From contig CAZMGM010000004.1 in assembly GCA_964565865.1 (NCBI GenBank), forward strand, positions 1,050 to 65,049: a stretch of 64,000 nucleotides of DNA, in the 5' to 3' direction. Below are positions 17,138-26,867 of the stretch, piece by piece. Position numbers and translations under genes: made by a program. Source of the stretch: an uncultured Acidobacteriota bacterium (GTDB lineage: Bacteria > Acidobacteriota > UBA6911 > RPQK01 > CBDAPI01). The notes below the pieces were generated by a model. It was not told the DNA's origin, did no database searches, and worked only from the letters and a program-made list of their open reading frames with translations. Each line of letters begins with the position of its first letter. Position 1 is the stretch's first letter.

Positions 17138-19813
17138 TCAGTCGATGTATACGAACTCGTTCAGGTTGAAGAGGGTCAAGCACAGTTCCGTCAGAGCGGA
17201 GAGACGGGCCGGGCCGATCCCAGCCAGCCCGGACGGAGTGTTTTCCCGATCATCCTGCAGTGCTTCCTCACTGGCCAACCCTTCCAACAGGGCGAGAGCC
17301 TCATGCCTTTCATCTTCAGAAGGTGGCCGTCCCAGGGCCATCTGCCAGCCTGCATTCACCCAGGAGGAAGAATTGTCCCCATGCATGGTTACCAGGCGTT
17401 CGGCCATTTCTCTAGCCTGGCGAAGTACTATTCCATTGTTGAGTAACCAGAGGGCCTGGGGCGCCACCGTAGTCACGTCGCGAGTCGGGCAACTGGTCGA
17501 TGAGTCGGGCCGGTCGAATGTCCGGAACATCGGAAAAGTGAAGCTCCGCCTGGATAGGATGTAGATCCCCCGTCGGGTGTGCTCAGCCGGGTCGGCTGTG
17601 GTCGGCCACAGAAAGGTTGCAGGCAGCCCGGTCAGTTCATCAACCGGTAAGGACGGCAGCACGGGGCGGCCCCCCATCTTCAGATTGAGGGTCCCACCCA
17701 CGGCGTGAAGAGCATCCCACACTGCCTCGGCTTCTAGGCGCCGCCGGCTTATGCGCCACAGAAAACGGTTGTCAGGATCCATAGCGATGTTGTGCCGGTT
17801 CACATATCGGCTTGCCATACGGTAGGTGCTGGACAGCATGATCACCCGGTGCATTGCTTTGATGTTCCAGCCCCGGGCCACGAACTCAGTTGCCAACCAG
17901 TCCAGTAACCCAGGATGAGTTGGAGGTTCCCCCTGGACACCGTAATCGTTGGGCGTCAGCACGATCCCCTGTCCAAAGTGCCACTGCCACAGACGATTCA
18001 CCATTACCCGGGCAGTGAGAGGATGATCCGGACGGGTCAACCACAGGGCTAGTTGCTTGCGCGTCTGGTAAGCCGTGGTCTCGGCGGATGGCCTCTCTGC
18101 ATCCATCGTACTTCCAAGGTAATCGAATACAGCAGGGACGGCCGCCGCCACCCGCTCCTCCCTGTCCTCTAACTCTCCTCGGTTCAGAACATGGACTTCC
18201 GGGATCAGCTCTAGCTGACGGTGACCGAGTACCGACGCAGTAGGCAAGTCGTATAATCCATCGTAGTCGACCGTGTGTGAGAAGTCCTGGTGAGGCAGCT
18301 TGAGCAAGGTTTGCCCCATAGTCTTGAACCGTTTGTCTCGCTCAGCCTGCTCCTCCGGAGTCATCCGTTTTTCCCATTCAAGGGAGGATCCGAATCTGGG
18401 ATCAGAGAAAACGTCTTTTTCTAGGGACTTGAGCACCTCGACCAGGGGTATAACCAGCTCTTTCTGCTCGGGAGTCCTCTTCTCTTCGGAAAGTTCATAG
18501 GCTTCCACTACTGCGGGTGGAAATTCTGACTTGACCTCCCCTGTAATCCTTTCCTTGACCTGTGCCTCGTACAACCGGTAAGCCGTTCTCGCTTCATCGA
18601 CCGCAATCATCAGAGGATAGGACTCATTGCGGTGGAACATCCCCATCTTCGTGACCACTGGAATCTGTACAGGCTGGCTGGCCGCAAAAAAGGCCTGAAG
18701 GCGATAATAATCCCGCTGCGAAATGGGATCAAATTTGTGGGTGTGACAACGAGCACAGGCGACGGTCAGCCCCATAAACGCAGCACCTGTGGTGTCGACC
18801 CAGTCCGTCAACCGCTCGTGGACCAGTTTGGGGGCGTCAAGGAGGGACTCGATTATTTCAGGTCCAAACGTAAACAGGCCCGTACCGATTCGGGCTTCCA
18901 GATGTTCGAGCTTTTCTGGGGAAATACCATAGTACTCGTCGTGGAGATCGAGATTATTGGGCCACAGCTCGTCACCCGCAATTTGCTCTTGTATAAACCG
19001 ATCGTAAGGCTTGTTTTCGTTGAACGACTTAATCACGTAATCGCGATAACGCCAGGCGTTGGGGAAATATTCGTCAGTTTCATAGCCCTTGCTGTCGGCA
19101 TAGCGCACCACGTCCAGCCAGTGTCTGGCCCAGCGCTCTCCATAACGGGGAGAGACTAACAGGTCGTCAATCAGCTTTTTGTAGGCGTCGGGAGAAGAGT
19201 CTTCCAGAAAGCTTTCGACTTGTTTGGGGGTGGGGGGAAGGCCGGTCAAATCAAAGAAGGCTCGTCGAATCAGGGTGCGTTTGTTCGCCTCTGGAGCGTG
19301 CTCGAGCCCCTTTTCTTCCAGCTTTGCCAGGATAAAGGCGTCGATGGGATTGTGCCCCCAGCCGTCATTTTTCTTTGTCGCGGGCACAGGAGGGCGGCGG
19401 GGTCTGCGCAACGACCACCAGCCTGGCTCGGAGTGGGATGCCGTCACCAGTCCCCAGGGAGCCCCTACGTCAATCCACTCCCGCAGGGCTTCAAGGTCCT
19501 CGGCAGGAAGTGGCGGATTTTTGGGAGGCATTTTTAGCTCCCCGCTGTGAGAGACTGCCAGAAATAAAAGGCTCTCTTCTGCGTTCCCGGGCACCAGGGC
19601 CGGACCCCGCTGGCCGCCCGTCAGCATCGACTCACGATTTCTTAGATCGAGGCCCGATATTGCCACTTGCCCGTGGCAGACAAGACATTCACGCTGCAGG
19701 ATCCGCTGGGCTGTCCCCCACAGCGTGGATTCAGCTTGTGCAAGGGAAAACGAGGAAGTTCCCAGAAAAGATCCGATCAGTAAGGTAATGGCTCGGATTG
19801 AGGGGATCATCAC
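17138..19813 (-). CDS. PSCyt1/DUF1549/DUF1553 (PSD1) multidomain protein with CxxCH heme c motif
   Basis: Signal peptide; CLVCHGQ (CxxCH) near the N-terminus; 891 aa with the planctomycete-type DUF1549 and DUF1553 regions. Confidence 0.8.
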   Translation of the reverse strand: MMIPSIRAITLLIGSFLGTSSFSLAQAESTLWGTAQRILQRECLVCHGQVAISGLDLRNRESMLTGGQRGPALVPGNAEESLLFLAVSHSGELKMPPKNPPLPAEDLEALREWIDVGAPWGLVTASHSEPGWWSLRRPRRPPVPATKKNDGWGHNPIDAFILAKLEEKGLEHAPEANKRTLIRRAFFDLTGLPPTPKQVESFLEDSSPDAYKKLIDDLLVSPRYGERWARHWLDVVRYADSKGYETDEYFPNAWRYRDYVIKSFNENKPYDRFIQEQIAGDELWPNNLDLHDEYYGISPEKLEHLEARIGTGLFTFGPEIIESLLDAPKLVHERLTDWVDTTGAAFMGLTVACARCHTHKFDPISQRDYYRLQAFFAASQPVQIPVVTKMGMFHRNESYPLMIAVDEARTAYRLYEAQVKERITGEVKSEFPPAVVEAYELSEEKRTPEQKELVIPLVEVLKSLEKDVFSDPRFGSSLEWEKRMTPEEQAERDKRFKTMGQTLLKLPHQDFSHTVDYDGLYDLPTASVLGHRQLELIPEVHVLNRGELEDREERVAAAVPAVFDYLGSTMDAERPSAETTAYQTRKQLALWLTRPDHPLTARVMVNRLWQWHFGQGIVLTPNDYGVQGEPPTHPGLLDWLATEFVARGWNIKAMHRVIMLSSTYRMASRYVNRHNIAMDPDNRFLWRISRRRLEAEAVWDALHAVGGTLNLKMGGRPVLPSLPVDELTGLPATFLWPTTADPAEHTRRGIYILSRRSFTFPMFRTFDRPDSSTSCPTRDVTTVAPQALWLLNNGIVLRQAREMAERLVTMHGDNSSSWVNAGWQMALGRPPSEDERHEALALLEGLASEEALQDDRENTPSGLAGIGPARLSALTELCLTLFNLNEFVYID

Positions 19814-19866
19814 GCAAAAAAAATGTTAGCAGGAATGATTACTGGAAGCCACCAGAATCGCCGACC

Positions 19867-20870
19867 TCAGAACCACCTGGCTTTGTCGACCACGTTCCGC
19901 AGGTTTCTTCCCTGAGCAAATCGTTCAATATTGTCCAGCAGGACCTCCAGATGACGGCCGGCGATCCGGGGGGAGTGTCCGGCCATGTGAGGCGTGATGA
20001 TTACATTTTCCATTTTCCAGAGTGGATGTCCTGAGGGGAGTGGTTCCGTTTCAAAAACATCGAGCCCGGCTCCTCCCAGTTCGCCTGATTGTAGGGCTGC
20101 CGTCAGATCCTCCAAGTCTACAATCATGCCGCGGCCGATGTTGATCAAATAGGCGGTCTGCTTCATTTGACAGAACTGGGTGCTCCGGAAGAGCTTTTCA
20201 GTCTCCGGTGTGTGCGGCGCTGCGATCACAACAAAATCGCTTTCAGCCAGGAGGTCGGGGAGACGCTCCGGCCGCCACACGGCGTCGACTCCCTCGGGGG
20301 CTTCGGTTCGCACAGGATCGACGGCCACGACTCGCATTCCCATCACCAGCCCACGGCGTGCCACTTCTAAACCAATTCCGCCCAGGCCCACGATGCCAAG
20401 CACCGTATCTGCAAGGTGCACATGAGCACGGTCAACCGGACCCACTTCAGCCATTCCTGTGGTTACGGCTGGGCGCTCCGACTCACCCCCGACCGCTTCC
20501 CATCGGCCCTCCAGCTGGTGGCGAATATAGTGGTGAAAGTTGCGGGCGAAGCAGAGAATGTAGCCAAAGACGTGGTCCCCGATCACGTCCGAGAAAAGCC
20601 CCCGCATGTTGCTCAACCGGCAGGGGTGCTTGATCAACTCGGGAAACATGTAGTGCTCGAGGCTGGCTGTAGGTGACTGCACCCACACCAGCCGGCGGGA
20701 TGCAGAAAGGAGTTCTGGGGTAATCGTGCCGAAAAAGGCGTCGGCATCCACGATCTCCTGCAGGGCTTCAGCCTCGCTGGCGGCGTTTCGGACCGACATT
20801 GCTCCTGCAGCGGCAGTGATTTTTTCCAGACGCTTAGCTTCAACAGTTGGGTAGATAACCAGTTTCAAGA
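19867..20870 (-). CDS. D-isomer-specific 2-hydroxyacid dehydrogenase family protein
   Basis: GIVGLGGIGLEVARRGLVMGMRVVAVD NAD-binding fold; catalytic-domain motifs; start tentatively TTG 20870 (GGGAG 8 nt upstream); the ORF-track N-terminus (…SDRKRREGG…) looks spurious. Confidence 0.7.
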
Positions 20871-20905
20871 TGCGTTCTCCCTTCGAAAAAAGGGGATAGT
20901 TTATT

Positions 20906-22270
20906 CTACCCCCTTCCCTCCTTTTCCTGTCCGAACACACGTTCCATTTCCTTGCGAAAACGCAGGATCGAGTTCCGGGAATCAATCTTCACGTCCGACC
21001 ATAAGAGGGTCTGGCCTTCGGGAATATCATTCAAGAGCACAAGGTTGTTCGATAGTCCTATCGGCAGTGTTCCGGTACTGACGGCTTGTTCAGAGGACAT
21101 GAGCGTTCCATAAACGCAGTAACCCCCTTCGCCATCCAGGACTTCCCCGCTGGAAAGGGAGCGCTTGGCCGTGGCTGCCACGTCTCCCCTGAAGTAACAG
21201 GGGGAGCCGGTGGCCTCACCCCGCAGACCGACCTTGAGGACACTGATGCTCAACTCCAGACCAATCAGATGAGCAGGACGATAGAGAGCGGTGTAGCGCC
21301 CCGTAGAGTCGGTGACCATCCCATACTCGCTGAAACAACGCATGACGTATTCATTGGGGGCCTCGAAAGTTACGTAAACTCCCCAGCGCAGGTCCAGGAA
21401 CACAGGGCTTCCGTCCCGTTCCAAACTTGACACGACCTCAACGGTGCCCGAGTGGGACAACTGACCGCCGCTGGCACGAGGTCGGCAGACCTCGGGGAGG
21501 TCATTCACCCCGCAGGGGGGAAAGGACAGGCCCTCGGGTTGAGGCTTCAAACCAGTTGCATTCGCCACGGCGGCCATTTCAATGGCTGACTTCGTTCCGT
21601 CTAGAAAGGAGTTGAACATCTTGGTGTTGAGACCGCCGTCGGCTGCCTGCTTGGTGTTCAGGCCGTAGTAATCCCAGACCGTTTCTGGAGTTGAAGAATG
21701 GTAGATGGGCAGGTAGCTTGTACCCTTACCGGCGCAGACGACATCAAAGCCAGTGGAACGCGCCCAGTCGACCAGCTCGCAGATCAGGGCAGGCTGGTCC
21801 CCATAGGCCAGACTGTAGACTACCCCGGCGTCGCGCGCGCGGCGGGCCAGCAGGGGCCCTGCCACTGCATCCGCCTCCACGTTGACCATCACGACGTGGA
21901 CCCCTTCCTGGAAGGCTTTGAGGGCGTGGTCAATGCCTGCGCTCGGGTCACCCGTCGACTCGACCACGATGTCCAGACCGTCGGCCTGCAGGAGAGATTC
22001 AGCGTTGTCACAGATGCAAGTCGACCCGAATTTAAGGGCCGCCGTGAAGCTATCGGCAGCATATTGTTCTTCTGGCCAGTGTGCTCGGCTCAAGGCCAGA
22101 CGTGCCAGTTCCTGAGAGAGGTCTGCCACTCCGAGTACGTGCAGGCCTGGCAGACGCCTGGCCTGGCTCAAGAACATCGTGGCGAACTTGCCGGCTCCGA
22201 TGACTCCGACCCGCAGGGGTTTCTCGGCTTCCGCCCGCTTCGCCAGTTGTTTTACCAACGAACTTTGCAT
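20906..22270 (-). CDS. NAD(P)-binding oxidoreductase with C-terminal SAF domain (COG4091-like, predicted homoserine-DH-like)
   Basis: PLRVGVIGAGKFATMFL Rossmann motif 13 aa after ATG 22270; the ORF-track start is a GTG at 22324; C-terminal SAF-like region. Confidence 0.6.
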   Translation of the reverse strand: MQSSLVKQLAKRAEAEKPLRVGVIGAGKFATMFLSQARRLPGLHVLGVADLSQELARLALSRAHWPEEQYAADSFTAALKFGSTCICDNAESLLQADGLDIVVESTGDPSAGIDHALKAFQEGVHVVMVNVEADAVAGPLLARRARDAGVVYSLAYGDQPALICELVDWARSTGFDVVCAGKGTSYLPIYHSSTPETVWDYYGLNTKQAADGGLNTKMFNSFLDGTKSAIEMAAVANATGLKPQPEGLSFPPCGVNDLPEVCRPRASGGQLSHSGTVEVVSSLERDGSPVFLDLRWGVYVTFEAPNEYVMRCFSEYGMVTDSTGRYTALYRPAHLIGLELSISVLKVGLRGEATGSPCYFRGDVAATAKRSLSSGEVLDGEGGYCVYGTLMSSEQAVSTGTLPIGLSNNLVLLNDIPEGQTLLWSDVKIDSRNSILRFRKEMERVFGQEKEGRG

Positions 22271-22350
22271 CAAGATTCTGCTTAGAGTTGCCGGGCCCTT
22301 GTCCCGGTTGACCTCATCTCCCACCCGTCGGGAATAGGTGCCGGAGTAAA

Positions 22351-22542
22351 CTACCCCTTTTCATAGTACTCGTTTGGTAACTTGTGGCAGAGCAGACTGC
22401 CTCCTTTGCCAAGTAAGGCATCGATATCGTCATGCCAAAGTTCAATGGCCTCATAGCCAGCTTCTCCAGCCACCGCGATCTTCTCGAGAATGGGAGTGGT
22501 CTTGATGTTGCTGCCGTTCAGGCAGTCTTGAAAATCGGCCAC
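22351..22542 (-). pseudogene. 63-aa remnant of a xylose-isomerase-like TIM-barrel (sugar phosphate isomerase/epimerase) gene
   Basis: …ILEKIAVAGEAGYEAIELWHDDIDAL… matches only the N-terminal about 60 aa of roughly 270-aa AP-endonuclease-2/xylose-isomerase-like proteins; an in-frame stop follows and there is no room for the rest before the next gene. Confidence 0.35.
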
Positions 22543-22798
22543 GGGCGTGAATTCTGGTATCGAGATATCCTCAGGGAGTCCCCTTATAACACAGCTTGTC
22601 TTCAGCGTCTTTTTGCACAGTGCAGATTGATCTTCTCTGCCGCCCTTCCCGGGCTGGGGATTGCTTTGTCTGCCGTCCTCCGTGGGCTTGCGCCCACGGC
22701 CATTTTCTTGCGGCCGCTCCGCGGCCTCCGAGCCAGTCTCCGATTGGGGGCGGCAGAGAACCGGGGGTCCGAAAGGCCCCGCAACAGCCCACCCGGAG

Positions 22799-23398
22799 TC
22801 ACGACTTCCTGAGAACTAACAGATAGAAGTCCTTCTCATCCGTGAAGTGGACGACCTCGAGTGGGATTTCAAGGATAAGCTCACCCAGACGCTCCTGATC
22901 GGGAAGAAGATGCGGTGTGCGGCGGGAATCACCGCGATTTAGATCGGCCACAAAACGGGAACCCAGGGGATGGCTTATGCAGATTCGGCCGCCGCTGCGC
23001 TGCCTGTCTACAACTTTCTCAAGGGTGGCTCGCTGATCCCACACGTTGCCGAACATGGCGTTGAGGAACACGGCATCGAAACGGCCTAGGCTTTCCGGTA
23101 GATCGATGACGTCTCCAAGCCAGAAGATGACCCCGTCATGCTGTTTCCGTGCCATTGCCAGCATGGTTGCGCTCAGATCGCATCCTACAACCTCGTCGAT
23201 TCCGTACTCCCGAATCAATGGAATCAGGACACCCGTGCCCGTGCCCACGTCCAAAGCCCGCTCGCCCCTGGAAAGCGCGGCCCTAGCAACGATGCGTTTC
23301 AGGCGTTCTTCCACCTCGTCTGGAATGGGCATGCAGAAGTTGTCAAGCTCCTCAGCAAAGATTTTCTGCTGGTACTTATTATGAGCAACACGAGCCAC
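22799..23398 (-). CDS. class I SAM-dependent methyltransferase (Methyltransf_11/25-like)
   Basis: Motif I LDVGTGTGVL, then DVIDLPESLGRFDAVFLNAMFGNV. Confidence 0.8.
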   Translation of the reverse strand: MARVAHNKYQQKIFAEELDNFCMPIPDEVEERLKRIVARAALSRGERALDVGTGTGVLIPLIREYGIDEVVGCDLSATMLAMARKQHDGVIFWLGDVIDLPESLGRFDAVFLNAMFGNVWDQRATLEKVVDRQRSGGRICISHPLGSRFVADLNRGDSRRTPHLLPDQERLGELILEIPLEVVHFTDEKDFYLLVLRKS

Positions 23399-23800
23399 AG
23401 AATTACCTGGAGTGCGGCACTCAGAGTGCCGCCTTAACGGGCGGAAGTCAACCTGTTGGCACTTGGAGGTGCGAATCTCCCAGGAGCGGGATTGTTCTCG
23501 AAAACCTTAACACGGTGTCGACAGGAAATAGCCGTGGTCGTAACCCCAAGGGAAACGGCTCTTGCATCTGACCAGCAGGGGCGAAGGGGCGACAGAGTTC
23601 GACAATTGAAGGTCAAGGACCCTGCTGGGCGGAACGATTCCATGGGGGGCCCATCAAAGCCCGCTGCGGAAGCAGCTGGAAGGGATCCTGGTGAGGTTGG
23701 CTCAGAATCCTACCCCCCGGGTTTTAGACGGGGGCTCTGACTCACCCGCCAGAACAGCGATCTTCCCCCCAACAAGAGGGGACAGAGCAAGGCCGGCACC

Positions 23801-24562
23801 CTATTGGTCGATGACAGATACCGGGGTTTTTTCCTCGATTCCCAGCAGCTCCTTGGCCTTCTCTACACAGGCTACGGCATCGCGGCCGTAACCGTCGGCC
23901 TTCATCTCTTTGGCCATCTCAACGGACAGGGCCGCACCGCCGGCCATCAGCTTGATCCGATCTCGCAGGCCGGCCTCTTTAAAGGCCTTGTGGTTTCGGC
24001 CAATGTTCTCCATGGTCGTTGTCAGCAGAGCTGACATGCCCACTATGTCGGCATCGTGCTCCCTCACGGCCTCGATGAACTCCTCGGCTTTAGTGTCTAC
24101 GCCCAAATCGTGAACCTCGAATCCGGCTCCCCGTAGCATCATTGTGCACAGGTTCTTTCCGATGTCGTGCAGATCCCCTTTTACCGTGCCCATGATCACT
24201 CTCCCGAGGGGCTCGATTTCGGAGGCGGAAAGAATGGGTTCCAGGTGGGTCATCCCGGCCTTCATGGCACGGGCCGCAACCAGTACCTCCGGGACAAAAA
24301 TGACATTGTCCCGAAATTTGACGCCTACGACCGACATACCTCCAATGAGCCCGTCGTCCAAAATTGTCTCAGCGTTCATACCGCTGTCCAGGGCCTCTCT
24401 GGTCAACCGGTCAACCTCATGTTGATCTCCGACAATCACCCCGTAGGCCATGTCTTGCAGGATGCCCCTCGCGTTTTCCAGTACCCCGCGAATACGCAGG
24501 TTTTCCTCGGGTTTCGTCACCCATTCAAGCTCTTTGTTCAGCCCTTCGTTCACTATTGCCAT
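23801..24562 (-). CDS. corrinoid (cobalamin)-binding protein of a methyltransferase system (B12-binding_2 + B12-binding domains), copy 1
   Basis: DxHxxG motif GDLHDIGKNL, GMSALLTTTM, helical cap domain; paralogous to 28870-29667. Confidence 0.85.
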   Translation of the reverse strand: MAIVNEGLNKELEWVTKPEENLRIRGVLENARGILQDMAYGVIVGDQHEVDRLTREALDSGMNAETILDDGLIGGMSVVGVKFRDNVIFVPEVLVAARAMKAGMTHLEPILSASEIEPLGRVIMGTVKGDLHDIGKNLCTMMLRGAGFEVHDLGVDTKAEEFIEAVREHDADIVGMSALLTTTMENIGRNHKAFKEAGLRDRIKLMAGGAALSVEMAKEMKADGYGRDAVACVEKAKELLGIEEKTPVSVIDQ

Positions 24563-24661
24563 CTGTGCCTTATTGCTTACTTCAATGAATCGAGGTCGTT
24601 AGTGTTCAACAATGGTGATGGGGGAGACTAGTCAATGTTGAGAGCGTAAAATCTACAGTTC

Positions 24662-25792
24662 TTACTGGAGAGAAATCGGGTATTTCCCATACCGAAAAGT
24701 AGCTTCTAGCATCGCCGCATAGTTGTCAATGGGGACATACTCCGGAACCGAATTACCGGAGGAGACACAATACCCACCACCCGGCCCCAGATCACGAATC
24801 CTGGTCCGAACCTCGTCCTCGACCTCCCCGGGGGTCCCTTTGGTCAAGGTGTACTGCAGATCGATGTTGCCTAAAAGGGCGATCCGATCTCCGTACTTGG
24901 CTTTTATCTCGTTAATATCGTGGGCCTGCTTTTCAACTGGATGCCAACCGTTGATCCCCATGTCAATCAGGTCCTCGATGACCATCGAGATATCCCCGTC
25001 GGTGTGATAGATAAAGGGCTTGTCCGCTGCCTTGGCCATCTCACACATAGTACGGTAGCAGGGAAACGCATACTTCCGGTAGTGATCTGGATGAACGAGC
25101 GGACCACCCTTCCCTGACAGATCGTCGGCATGAAAGCTCATACCCACGGCGGGGTGGTCCATGGCCACCTGCATCGCCCGTTGCTGTAGGGGCACGATTT
25201 TGTCATACATCATTTCGATGAATTCGGGGTCGTCGATGTAGGCCAGCATGAACGTCTCCATGCCCAGCATGAACCAGACGCCGGTAAAAATCTTGCCGAT
25301 GACAACGGCGATCTTCATGTCGTCCGGGAGTAGCGCCCCAACCTCGTCCAGGACGGAAAAGTCCAGGTCGTCAGGATTGGGCCAGGGATAAGCGTCGAAC
25401 TCTTCTCTGGTGCTGATGATTCCCTTGTGCATTTCCGCCCAGTGGCGTTCTGTGTAGGCTTCGAGAGTGGCCTTGCTCATGGCCTGTGTGGTAATCGCCA
25501 GGCCGGTTACCTTGTCGAGTTCGCTCGGGGTGTCGTCGACTGTGTGGTAGTTCAGTACGGACAGAGATACGGGATAGGCGTCGTATCCGGCCGTCCTATA
25601 AAACTGGATTTCATCTTCGTGCCCTTTGAGAGGGCGGCCCATGAACTGCTGCTTGATTTCCGGTTCTATGCCCATCTCAAAAATGGGCACATAATCCGGC
25701 TCCTGGTGAGAGATCGTCGCCTTGACCCTCTCAAAGTCCGTTTTCCGATCACCCTTGGCAGCTATGGCTCGTTCTACGGACTCCGGAATCAT
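24662..25792 (-). CDS. URO-D-family methyltransferase (MtaA/CmuA/MtvB-like) without the His/Cys zinc motif
   Basis: Uroporphyrinogen-decarboxylase-like fold (…PDYVPIFEMGIEPE… C-terminal …LGPGGGYCVSSGNSVPEYVPIDNYAAMLEA); the position of the MtaA zinc ligands reads YHTDGD, with no Cys. Confidence 0.75.
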   Translation of the reverse strand: MIPESVERAIAAKGDRKTDFERVKATISHQEPDYVPIFEMGIEPEIKQQFMGRPLKGHEDEIQFYRTAGYDAYPVSLSVLNYHTVDDTPSELDKVTGLAITTQAMSKATLEAYTERHWAEMHKGIISTREEFDAYPWPNPDDLDFSVLDEVGALLPDDMKIAVVIGKIFTGVWFMLGMETFMLAYIDDPEFIEMMYDKIVPLQQRAMQVAMDHPAVGMSFHADDLSGKGGPLVHPDHYRKYAFPCYRTMCEMAKAADKPFIYHTDGDISMVIEDLIDMGINGWHPVEKQAHDINEIKAKYGDRIALLGNIDLQYTLTKGTPGEVEDEVRTRIRDLGPGGGYCVSSGNSVPEYVPIDNYAAMLEATFRYGKYPISLQ

Positions 25793-26025
25793 AATCTACC
25801 TCCTATTCCGGAGATTAGCGTGGCTGTGTTACCGAGTCAAGCTCGTCTCTCTCAACCTCCCTCTCTGGCGGCGCTGCGGACTCTGCTCAAAACCCACGGT
25901 AGCATCAGTTCCCCTCTGGCAAAAGCTCGAATTCCGGCAAACAGTTCTGGTCCAAACAAGTCCAAGCAGCGGCAGAGAAGCAATCCGACGCGCTTTCGTT
26001 TATCATAGCCCCTCGTGACTCGAAT

Positions 26026-26793
26026 TTGGAGAAGGAGACTATGAGAGAAAACCGGGCAAAACGAAAACTAAATGACGGCGAGGTGGTGACAATTCTGCAG
26101 GGTGATGGCACCGCCGATATGATCGATTTCGTGGGGCAGCTGGGCGTGGATGGAGTCTGGCTGGAGGGTGAGCATGGTGCTCTCAGCTGGGAACAAATCG
26201 GTAACCGCTCGCGCGCCTGTGACCTGTGGGGGATGACCTCCGTTACCCGCGTGAACAAGAACGATGAAGGGCTGATCATGCGCACCCTGGACCGGGGCAG
26301 CATGGGCGTGGTAGTTCCTCACGTAAACAGTCGAATAGCCGCCCGGCAGGTGGTGCAGGCCGCCAAGTATGCTCCCGTCGGGTTACGGGGAATGTTCGGG
26401 GGACGTCAGTCCTACGGTGTTGAGAACTACTTTCGGCAGGCCAACGACCAGACTCTGGTGGTGGTGCTGATCGAGGAGCTGGAAGCGGTTCAGAACCTGG
26501 CAGAGATCCTGACCGTCGAGCATATCGATGTCTTTTTAGTGGCACCTTCAGATCTGGCCCAAACTATGGGGCATATCGGAAACCATCAGCACCCCGAAGT
26601 TCAGGCAACGGTCGATAGTGCTCTGGCTCAGATTGTCGCTGCGGGGAAAAATGCCGGGACACTAGTTTCTGACGAGACAGTAGAACGATATGTCGCTGCT
26701 GGAGTGAGCTTCCTCCTCACGCCCTGGAACCTGTGGGTGGCAAAAGGTGCACGGGCATTTCTCGAAAAGGTCCGATCAGCCGCTGCTTCGTAA
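26026..26793 (+). CDS. HpcH/HpaI-family class II aldolase (second copy), embedded divergently in the methyltransferase cluster
   Basis: GGAGAAGGAG RBS; …VDGVWLEGEHGALSWE…DRGSMGVVVPHVNS…GLRGMFG… family motifs. Confidence 0.8.
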   Translation: MEKETMRENRAKRKLNDGEVVTILQGDGTADMIDFVGQLGVDGVWLEGEHGALSWEQIGNRSRACDLWGMTSVTRVNKNDEGLIMRTLDRGSMGVVVPHVNSRIAARQVVQAAKYAPVGLRGMFGGRQSYGVENYFRQANDQTLVVVLIEELEAVQNLAEILTVEHIDVFLVAPSDLAQTMGHIGNHQHPEVQATVDSALAQIVAAGKNAGTLVSDETVERYVAAGVSFLLTPWNLWVAKGARAFLEKVRSAAAS

Positions 26794-26867
26794 GCGCTCG
26801 CCTGATCAAAAAAGATTGGAAGACGGCCTGGGGCCAGGAGGAGTTGCCGGGGGCCGACTTTACGGGC

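Noticed and set aside
23440-23600. cobalamin-riboswitch-like hairpin GGAG-GTGCGAAT-CTCC (resembles the btuB CCAG-TGCGAAT-CTGG element) plus GGGAA stretches between the SAM-MTase and corrinoid genes
   Set aside because: It reads this way only on the plus strand, where no gene follows for over 2 kb. The CCCGC and B12-box elements are not recognisable. It is probably coincidental; an Rfam RF00174 scan would settle it.
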